The position numbers were made by a program, and so were the translations under genes. Positions 26,942-35,680 of a DNA stretch of 64,000 bases are shown here, one piece after another (the first letter of the stretch is position 1; every line of letters begins with the position of its first letter). The DNA comes from Pirellulales bacterium (GTDB lineage Bacteria; Planctomycetota; Planctomycetia; Pirellulales; JAICIG01): the NCBI GenBank assembly GCA_040901675.1, contig JBBDYJ010000025.1:322937-386936 (forward strand), read 5' to 3'. The notes beneath the pieces are model-generated. The model searched no databases and was not told the origin of the DNA. It was given only the letters and a program-made list of their open reading frames with translations.

Positions 26942-28841
26942 GGCTTGGCCCCGAGAAGTTGCTTGATTTCGCCCATGATCTCGATGATCCGGAGTTCCTT
27001 CGCCAGGATGGCGTCGACCAGTTGCTCCGGGGGCAAGTGTTCCAAGTCGGCCTTGCCGTTCGGATTCTTTCGGTCCAGGTTGCAGCCGCCGTCGAGCAGT
27101 TCCTTGGCGGGAACGCTCCAAGCGCGGTCGTTTTCTTCCCGCTTCTTCCACGACGCCAGGCACGCGGCGAACTCCTCGAACTGCAAGGGCTGCGTCTTGG
27201 TGTAGTTCTTCCGGCCGTCGGGCAGCGGCTGCTCGTAGTACCAGACTTCCTTGGTCGGGCCTGAGCGATCGAAGAAGAGCAGGTTTGTCGGAATACTGGT
27301 GTACGGGGCGAAGACGCCGTTGGGCAGCCGGACGATCGTGTGCAGGTTGAACTCCTTCAAAAGTTCTTCCTTGATCCGCCCGCAGACACCGTCGGCGAAG
27401 AGCGTGCCGTTGGGCACCACCACGCCGGCCCGGCCCCCCTTGGTGCTGCCGTGACTCGGCCGCTTCAACTTCCGCATGATGAGCTGCAGAAACAGCAAGG
27501 CCGTCTCGGCCGTTTGCATGTCTTCGGGAAAGTTCCCCAGAATGCCCCGCTCTTCCTCGCCGCCGAAGGGCGGGTTGGTGAGGATGACGTCAACGCGGTC
27601 CTTGTCGCGAACATCGGTGAGTTTTTGGGCCAGACTGTTGGCCTTGGCGATCTGGGGCGATTCCAGCCCGTGCAGGACCAGGTTCATCTGGGCCAACATG
27701 TAGGGGAGCGGCTTCGCCTCGCCGCCAAAAATGCTGGCGTTCTGCAGCGTCCGGCGGTGGTCCACGGTCTTGCACTGCTTTTGCAGGTGCTGGTAGGCCT
27801 CGACCAGAAAGCCGCCGGTGCCGCAGGCCGGATCGAGCACCGTTTCGCCCAGACGCGGGTTGGTGGCCGCCACCATGAAACGGACAACCGGCCGGGGCGT
27901 GTAGAACTCGCCCGAGTCGCCTGCCGCATCGCGCATCTCCTTGAGCATCGTCTCGTAGAGATGGCCAAGCGTGTGGATTTCGTCGGTCGAGTCGAAGTGG
28001 ATGCCGCCGACCTTGTTGATCACGTCCCGCAGCAAATACCCGCTTTCCATGCGGTTCGTCACGCCGGAAAAGACGCTGGCGATCACGTCGCGCCGGTCGT
28101 CGCCGTTGCGGCTTTGCAGGCCCCGCAGGTACGCCAAGAGCCCGGTCCCCTTCGAGCCGCCGGGCCGGGTCGTCTCTTCGTAATTGACGAAGGCCGTCAG
28201 CTCCGGCCCCGTGATTCCATCCTCCTTGGCGCCCCAGTCCCGCCAGCGGTAGGGCGCCTCGATGGCCGGCCGGAACCTCTCGCGCCGCATCTTGGCGCGT
28301 TCTTCGCGGATTTGCTCGATGTCGTCCAGGAACTTGAGGAACATGATCCAGGTCAGCATCGGCAGCCGGTCCAGGTCGCCGTTGAGACCCTTGTCCTTCC
28401 GCATAATGTCGCGCGCGGATTTTATGGGTCTTCGGAGTTTTGAGTGGGTGGAAACTGGGGAGAATCGGCACGGCCACGGGCAGCCTCAAGCCGCCTCGAC
28501 CGCTGCGCCGGCACGACAATCCCGGTGGGACCCTGCTCCCGGCGGCACTGCCCCGGCCCTTCGCAGGTGCCAGCAAATACGGGGTTTTCTGCGGACTTGC
28601 TTCGCAAGACATCATTTTGCTGGCCCCTGCTACGGTGCCTCTGGTCGCCCCCACCCGGCTTGCCGTGCCGGCTCCGCTCGCTCACGGGGAACCGAAAGCA
28701 ACAGGCGGAGCCGCCCTGCGTTTCCCTCGGGATTTTCTCGTTTACCCACTTAAAAGTCCGAAGACCGGATTTTATTAGGCTCCCCAACCGCTGGGCGGTG
28801 GTGAGGGGTGCGGGATTCTTTGAGGCCTTCTGTCGTGGCAT
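26938..28841 (-). pseudogene. hsdM: Type I R-M N6-adenine methyltransferase interrupted near codon 25 by a MITE; the main ORF 26938-28404 is intact
   Basis: GEFYTPR, DPACGTGGFL, NPPF. The N-terminus MPRQ...GSLIKS (28841-28767) rejoins ARDIMRKDKG in frame once the insert is removed. Confidence 0.88.
28426..28767. mobile_element. 342-bp non-autonomous element (MITE) with ISL3-like ends and an 8-bp target duplication
   Basis: Ends GGGTCTTCGGAGTTTTGAGTGGGT and ACCCACTTAAAAGTCCGAAGACCG (24-bp imperfect IR); GATTTTAT at 28418-28425 and 28768-28775; no transposase. Confidence 0.9.
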
Positions 28842-28879
28842 GAGGTATGTTCCGACCTCGGTTGGTATTCTGATCCTTG

Positions 28880-29281
28880 TTACGTGCTGCGTGCACGATC
28901 ACCCACACGCACAATTAAATCGTTGCTGATACTCTGAGCTCCTTCCACTCGCATCTCATCGTACACCGTCTCCGTAACCTCTCTTGGCATAACGAGTGGC
29001 ATAACTAAATGTGACGCCAGTGCTCGAAAGGGATCGACCGCCCGAGTAACCCGGCGGCTGAAGGTCGTCGCCGTACACATTTTCTCTTGAACATGTCCGA
29101 CCTTGACGCGGCCCTTGACAATTTCCAATTGCCCTAGTTCTTCTTTGGTTTCAGGGTCCAGAATGGGATCGCTGAGATCATAAATCAGAAACTCCATTCC
29201 CTCTTGGACTCCATCTTCCACACCGGCAGCCAGTACAATCTGTGTAGAACTGAGAATTCTTGCAACCTTTGTATGTATCAC
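28880..29281 (-). CDS. Hypothetical protein with a FlgT-C-terminal-like beta-barrel
   Basis: KVARIL....IVLAAGVEDGVQEGMEFLIY....ILDPETKEELG.LEIVKGRVKV..VQEK pattern. Confidence 0.6.
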   Translation of the reverse strand: MIHTKVARILSSTQIVLAAGVEDGVQEGMEFLIYDLSDPILDPETKEELGQLEIVKGRVKVGHVQEKMCTATTFSRRVTRAVDPFRALASHLVMPLVMPREVTETVYDEMRVEGAQSISNDLIVRVGDRARST

Positions 29282-29284
29282 GGC

Positions 29285-30097
29285 TTATACCTCAGAGAAT
29301 CGAAACAACTCGCTGACTATTTGACGTATGCCTTTGGCAAGCCCATCGAAATCCGTCGAACCATAACGGGTCAAGTCGTAGGCAACCTTGATTCCGTACC
29401 CCTTGATTCCCTTGACGTCTCCCGTTCGTGCCAAGCCTTCGATGTGCCCCATTTCATCCGCCAGATATGAGTAGATCCTAAACGACACCACGCCCGTTGC
29501 TTCATTTGGCGCTTGATGAACGATGAGCTTCGCTGCTGGCACTTCGAGCCCGCCCTTAGTTAACCGACAGAGGACAAACGGGTCGCCAATCCTGACGTGT
29601 CGGGTAGCAGCAGGCACAATCTTTGCCAGAGCGTATAGCTCACCGGAGTAGTGCGAAAACACTCTCAAGTCCATTGGCCGCTGGAGTTCTGTGAGGAACG
29701 CTTGCATTCTTCCGAGACAATCTGCGTGCTGAGCGAATGACTCACCCAATGTCAGATAAGCATGCTGCGTGCAGAAATCGTCGAGCCTTGCCAAAACGTC
29801 GTAGGAAACCCCAGCTAGGCTGCGTTCCGCTTCTTCCGCTCTTTGCATCATTTGCAAGTAAGCTGCATCTCCGGCAGCAATTCGCTCCTTTTGATGTGCC
29901 TCAAAACTCTTGAGCGCCTTATGCTGTACATACGCAAAGCTGCCGGCCGCCGCGTAAGCGCCGAGAACTAGCAACATGCAAATCCACCAATGCTCTTTTG
30001 CGGCAACCAGAGCAACGATCGTTCCCACGAAGGTGAACAAGAAACCGTACCACTTAAATAGGTGCCGGCTCCAGCCCTCCCAAAAACCTTGGGTCAT
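29285..30097 (-). CDS. Hypothetical protein with two N-terminal transmembrane helices
   Basis: Hydrophobic segments FKWYGFLFTFVGTIVALVAA and WWICMLLVLGAYAAAGSFAYV, then a short coiled coil and a globular domain; packed tightly into the operon. Confidence 0.7.
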   Translation of the reverse strand: MTQGFWEGWSRHLFKWYGFLFTFVGTIVALVAAKEHWWICMLLVLGAYAAAGSFAYVQHKALKSFEAHQKERIAAGDAAYLQMMQRAEEAERSLAGVSYDVLARLDDFCTQHAYLTLGESFAQHADCLGRMQAFLTELQRPMDLRVFSHYSGELYALAKIVPAATRHVRIGDPFVLCRLTKGGLEVPAAKLIVHQAPNEATGVVSFRIYSYLADEMGHIEGLARTGDVKGIKGYGIKVAYDLTRYGSTDFDGLAKGIRQIVSELFRFSEV

Positions 30098-30109
30098 CGC
30101 ACGGTTCCC

Positions 30110-32479
30110 TCACGCTGCGTAAAGCTGCGTCTGTAGCTCGTGAACTGCCTCGATCAGCCGCTCCGTCCCGCCGAAGAGCTTGCTGATCTCCACGACGTTG
30201 CCGTGGCTGGAGATTGGCGGCACCTCCAGCACGTCGGGGATGACGAACTGGGCCGTCCCGTGCTCCGCGTACTTGTCCAAGAGCTCGTTGAGAATCGCCC
30301 GCGCCTCCGGAGCGTACTGGTCGAAAAAGTCTTTCTTGTCCTTGCGAAGCCGCTCGGCCCGCTCCCGCCTGGTCCGCAAAGGGGCATTGAAGGCCAGATG
30401 GCACAACAAGTCAAACGGATCGGCGTCCGGCTGGTTGGCCGCCGTGCCCAACTCGTCGAAGCTGATCCCCCGGTCTTCCAGGAGGTCGATGATCTCGGAC
30501 CGCTGGTTGGGATCGGCCCATTGCTTCCGCAGTGCGGCCGCGTTGGGGTACATCGTGCGGACCTTCTCCGCCGCGTATTCGCTGTATTGCACAACGCGGA
30601 GTTGCCTGCCCTCGGCGTCCAGTTCGTAAACCATGTCCGCCACGATCAGCGCCTGCCCGCCGTCCGCGTAGAATTTTCGGCGATCCTGGCTCTCGTCGCC
30701 AAAATCCAGCTCCGCCGGGCCATCGGCGGCCGGCGCTTCTTCAACTGGCTCCTCTGGCGAGACGACTTGTTCGGTCCCTTCGACCGTCTGCCCTTGCTCG
30801 TCAATCTCCTCCTGCGTGGCCAACACCGGCTCGCCGTCGAAATCGGGATCGGCAAAAAGCCGCGTGGCCGAGCCCGTGTAATCCAAGATGTTGAAGTACA
30901 GCTTCCCGTATTCGTCCCGAACGCGGGTGCCCCGCCCGATGATCTGCTTGAAGTCCGTCATGCTGCCGATCACACGGACCAGCACGATGTTCTTGCAAGT
31001 CGGAGCGTCAACGCCGGTGGTGAGGAGCTGGGAAGTGGTCAGGATGACAGGCGCCGTCTTTTCGGGATCCTGAAACCGGCCCAGGTGACCCCGGCCGATC
31101 GCCCCCTCAACGGCGGTGACGCGGCACACATAGTCCGGGTGCTGCTGAACCAGGTCGGCATTCAGGTTCGACAGGGCCTGCCGCATATCGAGGGCGTGCT
31201 CCTGGTCCACGCAAAACACGATCGTCTTGGCAAAGCGGTCGGACTTCTTCAGAAACTCGGTCAAGTGGCGAGCGATCGCCTCGGTGCGGGCCCTGAGCGC
31301 CACGACGCGCTCAAAATCCTTGGTCTGGTATTCTTCGTCGGGGATCTCGCGCCCGTACCGGTCGAGCTCGCCACGGCTGGGCCGCCAGCCGGCGGCGTCA
31401 AAGCTGGTAATGACGCGGTGGACGCGATACGGGGCCAGGAAGCCGTCTTCAATTCCCTGGCGGAGACTGTAGGTGTAGATCGGGTTGCCGAAGTATCGGT
31501 ACGTGTCCCGGTTGTCCTCGCGCAGCGGCGTGGCCGTCATCCCCAGTTGATAGGCCGGCTCAAAATATTCCAGGATTTCCCGCCAATTGCTGAGGTCGCG
31601 GGCGCTGCCGCGGTGGCACTCGTCGACGATGACCAGGTCGAAGAAGTCCGGGGCGAACTCCTTGTAGAGCCCCGGGCGGCGCTCGTCCTGGGCAATGGCC
31701 TGATAGATGGCGAAGTACATCTCCCGGCTCTTGACGATCTCGCCATTCTCGATCTTGTGGCGGGCGTCGGCGAAGGGGATGAAGGTCTTGTCCTTGGGGT
31801 CGTCGACGAGAATGTTCCGATCGGCCAGGTAGAGGATCTTTGGCCGGCGGTAGTCGCCGGCGCGGTTCCAGAGTCCGCGCCACAGCTTCCAGCAAATCTG
31901 GAAGGCGACGTCCGTCTTGCCGGTGCCGGTGGCCATGGTCAAGAGAATGCGGCGGTTGCCCTGCAGGATCGCCTGGACCGACCGGTTGATCGCTATTTCC
32001 TGGTAGTACCGGGGCGTTTTGCCGCCCAAGTGATACGACTGAGTCAGCAGGCCCAGGGCCGCCTTGTGCGCCAGGCCATGCCCGGCTTGGTATCTGGACC
32101 AGAGTTGCTCGGGCGTCGGGAAATCCGAGAGAACCCGCTCCAGGCCTGTGAAGAAATCGAACTCGACGATCTCGGTGCCGTTGGTGGCGTAGGCAAACTT
32201 CAGGCCGAGCACGTCGGCATAGTCCTTTGCCTGCTGGAGACCGTCGCCCGCAGGGCGATCGCACGATTTCGCCTCGACGACCGCCAACGTCAGGTCGCGG
32301 GTGAAGCGGAGCAAGAAGTCGGCCCGCTTTTGCTTCTTACGGTGGACCTTGGTGCCGGCTACGACGATGCGGCCGTCCGTGAACGTGGTCTGCTCGTTGT
32401 ACGTGTGGGGCGGATTGTCCCAGCCGGCTGCCTCCAGCTTCGGGCGGATCTGCTTGCGGCATGTGTCGGCTTCATTCAT
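30110..32479 (-). CDS. hsdR: Type I restriction enzyme R subunit (EcoAI/EcoEI-like)
   Basis: ADFLL...VVEAK nuclease motif, MATGTGKT, DECHRG, MTATP, LTTGVD, QIIGRGTR, C-terminal DPFDLLCHLAF...TRRERA. Confidence 0.95.
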   Translation of the reverse strand: MNEADTCRKQIRPKLEAAGWDNPPHTYNEQTTFTDGRIVVAGTKVHRKKQKRADFLLRFTRDLTLAVVEAKSCDRPAGDGLQQAKDYADVLGLKFAYATNGTEIVEFDFFTGLERVLSDFPTPEQLWSRYQAGHGLAHKAALGLLTQSYHLGGKTPRYYQEIAINRSVQAILQGNRRILLTMATGTGKTDVAFQICWKLWRGLWNRAGDYRRPKILYLADRNILVDDPKDKTFIPFADARHKIENGEIVKSREMYFAIYQAIAQDERRPGLYKEFAPDFFDLVIVDECHRGSARDLSNWREILEYFEPAYQLGMTATPLREDNRDTYRYFGNPIYTYSLRQGIEDGFLAPYRVHRVITSFDAAGWRPSRGELDRYGREIPDEEYQTKDFERVVALRARTEAIARHLTEFLKKSDRFAKTIVFCVDQEHALDMRQALSNLNADLVQQHPDYVCRVTAVEGAIGRGHLGRFQDPEKTAPVILTTSQLLTTGVDAPTCKNIVLVRVIGSMTDFKQIIGRGTRVRDEYGKLYFNILDYTGSATRLFADPDFDGEPVLATQEEIDEQGQTVEGTEQVVSPEEPVEEAPAADGPAELDFGDESQDRRKFYADGGQALIVADMVYELDAEGRQLRVVQYSEYAAEKVRTMYPNAAALRKQWADPNQRSEIIDLLEDRGISFDELGTAANQPDADPFDLLCHLAFNAPLRTRRERAERLRKDKKDFFDQYAPEARAILNELLDKYAEHGTAQFVIPDVLEVPPISSHGNVVEISKLFGGTERLIEAVHELQTQLYAA

Positions 32480-32806
32480 CGTCTGCCATTGATCGGGACG
32501 ACCGATGCAACGGCAGGTGCCAGAAGGATCGCCCTAAGTCGTTCGAGTGATGATGTTTAGCGCAGCAGTCTAGCATTCTGATCGCCCGCTAGGCAAAAAT
32601 CAAGCCGCGTGGCTGGTTTGGACGGTTTTGCCCTCCAATCTCCAAACACAAGAAGGCTGGGCCGGCAGGCTGGTTCGGCGAACGGCCGGGAAGCTTGCTA
32701 GGAGGAAAAGGCGACGGGAGTCGGACGGGAGTCGTTCTTCGGGCCAGGGGCCCGGCTTTCGGCGGCTCTCATTGCCTGACCAACTTCTTCGGACGCCCGG
32801 GGACTC

Positions 32807-32948
32807 TGTCAAGGGGCGCTTAAAACCAGCCAGTGAAGGGCGCTTAAAAACCAGCCATTTTGAGGAGCGGACGGTTTGCCGTCTAACCTCTTTCGCGGGC
32901 ATATTGCGAAGGAGGATTTGGATGGCGAATCAGCTCAACATGGCTTAG
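32807..32948 (+). mobile_element. Second IS21-family left-end stub (IR plus the first 8 istA codons)
   Basis: TGTCAAG then two GGGCGCTTAAAA(A)CCAGCCA repeats, AGGAGG RBS and MANQLNMA*. Confidence 0.75.
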
Positions 32949-33529
32949 TGACGACAGACGAAGTCCATTTTCGTGCGGAAGTGCTTGCGTAATTGGGCAT
33001 TGGCCGGATCACGGAGCTCCGCAAGATAACTCTGGAAGTCTGCCTTGAGTCTTCCATGGAATTTGGTCCGGTTGATGGTGAGCGTGGCGCCATCGCTTTG
33101 AATCAGGGGACCCACAGACCAAACCTTGCTCCCGCTACCAACTTCGGCTTGGTGCAGAATTCCGCATCGGAAGTGTTTATAGAACAGTTCTGCCTGCTCC
33201 TTCGTGAAATGAACCTTGAAGAGCGGCCGTTCCGTTAAGAAATGGCAAAAGGTTTTTCTTGACTCTCTGCCCGTATCCTTTAACCCAAGGCGAAATGCTT
33301 CTAAGGTTTCGACGAGCAGACAGTCAATTGCCAGCACCGCGAAGCCGAATCGTCGTTGCGCCGGCGGCTTCGATTCATCCGCCGCGATCAGGCAATCCAC
33401 CGGCTCGATGAATCGGCCGGAAATTCGGGTCTCGAGAATCTCCACCGCCTTTGCCCAATCGGGGCTGTCGGGGTCATCGAGCTTCAACGCCTTCCAGTCG
33501 GCAGAGTCGAAACCTGGAGCAATCTGCAT
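32945..33529 (-). CDS. HEPN-like hypothetical protein
   Basis: GFAVLAIDCLLVETL helix and RCGILH (Rx4H) motif. Confidence 0.6.
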   Translation of the reverse strand: MQIAPGFDSADWKALKLDDPDSPDWAKAVEILETRISGRFIEPVDCLIAADESKPPAQRRFGFAVLAIDCLLVETLEAFRLGLKDTGRESRKTFCHFLTERPLFKVHFTKEQAELFYKHFRCGILHQAEVGSGSKVWSVGPLIQSDGATLTINRTKFHGRLKADFQSYLAELRDPANAQLRKHFRTKMDFVCRH

Positions 33530-33974
33530 CCGCAAAGCCTCCCACGTGTTGCGCACGTGAGAAAGATCGCACGGACCAGGAGGCCTGTCAATTGCGGGTC
33601 CATCAGAGGGGATCGTCGAGGTGCGAAGGATCCTTCTGAGGTTCTTTTTGCCCTGTCGGACACGCTGGAAGTGCAGGAGTTGACTCTCGACGAGTTCGAC
33701 CAGCGTTACGCCGCGTTGCGTCTGCAGGCCACTTCAGAGGCGCCGGGCGATGATTGATCGCGGCTTCAAGCGTCTGGAAGCGGCGCGGCAAGTGCCTGAG
33801 ATCGAGACGCTCGGCGCACATTTGATCGGGTGGGGAAAGGGGACGCAACTCATTCCCAGCCTTCCGCGGGCAGCCGGCCAGAGGAGGTTTACTGAACCCC
33901 CAGACGGGGAGCGGCTCGCCGATGCAAGGCGGGCAATCCGAACGGGCACCGCGGCGCGTCCCCTTTTCTCCCGG

Positions 33975-34154
33975 CTCCTTCTGCTTCGCTCGCTTGATCC
34001 GCTCCGCCAGGAAGCCGATTCCACGTCGCCCTCTGCCCCCGCCCGGCGAAGAACACGCATGCTCGCCCGTACCGCAATCGGCGTCCACGATCGACCACGT
34101 GATCCGGTCGGCCGCATCGAGAAACGCCCTCTGCGCCCTGCCGATGCCGAACAA
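33975..34154 (-). pseudogene. Frameshifted fragment of a class I SAM-dependent methyltransferase
   Basis: IGRAQRAFLDAADRIT.SIVDADCGTGEHA, then frame changes (FFAGRG; GIGFLAERIKRAKQK). Confidence 0.55.
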
Positions 34155-34252
34155 ACAACAGCCTGCCCGACCACCGGGATCGAGCAGGCTGCTCGGTTCA
34201 TTCCCTGAAAGCTCGCTTCATTCCCTGAAAGTAGTGGCCCCGGTTCACGCCG

Positions 34253-34420
34253 TCAAAAGCAGCCGCTCTTCATGCAGCACTTCTTGAAGAGTCTGCCCGA
34301 CCCGCACGGGCAGAGGTCGTTCCTGCCCAGCTTCTCGGTCAGCTCTTTGCTCCCGTGGACGACCCGCACGCCTCGCTTTACCTTCGTCTCGGACGGGAAG
34401 CCCTTGCGGCGCTTGCTCAT
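34253..34420 (-). CDS. SEC-C zinc-binding motif protein (central ORF; may extend 34463-34198 through +1 shifts)
   Basis: [20 protein letters not shown]. Confidence 0.85.
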   Translation of the reverse strand: MSKRRKGFPSETKVKRGVRVVHGSKELTEKLGRNDLCPCGSGRLFKKCCMKSGCF

Positions 34421-34683
34421 CGGCTCAAAAAAACGCCCGGTCTTCGTCGTCGTGCTGGTCCATGGTCCACCGCCTTTCCGCAAAAAAAATAGCTGAAGCG
34501 ACGACTCCTGGCCTCGACACGCGGGCCGGCCAGAAGGTTCCCTTCCAGGGCCGGGATGCGAACGGCCCACCGCTTTATTGCCTTTCACTGGTCCGACTTG
34601 CAGGCTCCTTCGTCGTCTGCCGGAGTAGTTGTTCAAGCTCGGCGGTCCGCACCATTCCACCTCTCTCTTCTTCGCACTCGCGT

Positions 34684-35600
34684 CTCGACCGAGCTTGCCG
34701 AAGTCCGAAGTCCGAAGGCCGAAGTCTTTGCGTGACGTCCTCTTCGTCCGTCGCAAGCACCAAGATCCAAGTACCAAGCACCAAGTACCAAGTACCAAGT
34801 CCTAAGGTCCAAGAAAACATTTTGCCCAAATTTCTGACTTCTCTCGGCCAGCGCCTCTGCTATAACCGGAGCAGCAGGAACAACGATGAGGCGATGGGGC
34901 GAGGGGGCGATGAGGCGAGACGAAGACGATAAGAGGATCCCCCGAAGGCGGACTTTCAGCTCAGGTACTTGCTGCTTGGATGTTGGTGCTTGGATGTTGG
35001 TGCTTGGATCTTGGAGCTTTGTTCTTTGGGGAACCCGGCTTCTGACCTCTGACTGAGCTGCAAGTCCGCCGCAGGCGGAACCTCTGACCCCAGCCCCCTC
35101 TCTTCCCCAAGTTCCGGATTGTTCAGATTAAAGCGTCGAAAAGTGGTGAACAACTCAATTGCCTCAATTGCCAATAGTGCCCATGGTCCCGCACGCAGCG
35201 GACCTCCGGCACGCGACCCAAGACCCAAGACCCAAGACCAATGACCAATGACCAATGACCAATGACGTCCCCATCCAGTTCTGACTTCTGACGCTTAAAC
35301 CACCGAAAACTGCGCAATAACTCGATGCACGACCAAGACCAAAGACCCAAGATCCAAGCACCAAGACCCACTTCCGACTTCTGACCCTTAAACCACCGCA
35401 AATCGGGAAACAACTCGGCTAGTTTCTAGCTCCTGGTTCCTGGTTCCCGGTTCCTGGTTGCCGGTAAGCCAAGAGCAGCCCGTCCGCCTGCGGCGGGACC
35501 TGTGGTCCCGGACTAGCAACCAAGAACCAGACTTCGGACTTCGGCGAGCTCAGTCGAGCCGCGAGCTCAGTCGAGTCGCAACCAGCAACTACTCCTGGCT
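34684..35600. repeat. Composite heptamer-repeat region with conserved non-repeat cores
   Basis: Tracts of CCGAAGT, ACCAAG(T/C), TGGATCT/TGGTGCT, TGACCAA and TCCTGGT; three 29-bp TTAAA...AACTC motifs; a 52-bp block shared with 42551-42602. Confidence 0.85.
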
Positions 35601-35680
35601 CCACCGGAACTTGCCCCTGGGCTGATTCGTCAAACTGGTTGAGCCACTGTCAAATTCGTCCGCATCTCCGGAGAAGCGCC

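Larger units (their letters stand above)
16862..34200. mobile_element. tRNA-Pro-associated genomic island (RiPP-like locus plus defence genes); right boundary approximate
   Basis: Begins after the tRNA; parts are visibly lower in GC; contains a helicase remnant, IS21 stubs, a MITE, Lamassu, type I R-M and HEPN genes. No integrase or attR duplicate was seen. Confidence 0.65.

Noticed and set aside
30140..32560. 806-aa ORF on the plus strand
   Set aside because: Antisense shadow of hsdR caused by high-GC codon bias; no motifs.
33560..33975. Short toxin-antitoxin-like fragments
   Set aside because: No complete frame or diagnostic motif; too degraded to call.
16862..34250. Intact integrative element with an integrase and attR
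   Set aside because: No recombinase ORF and no duplicate of the tRNA 3' end were found by eye; the island looks degraded.
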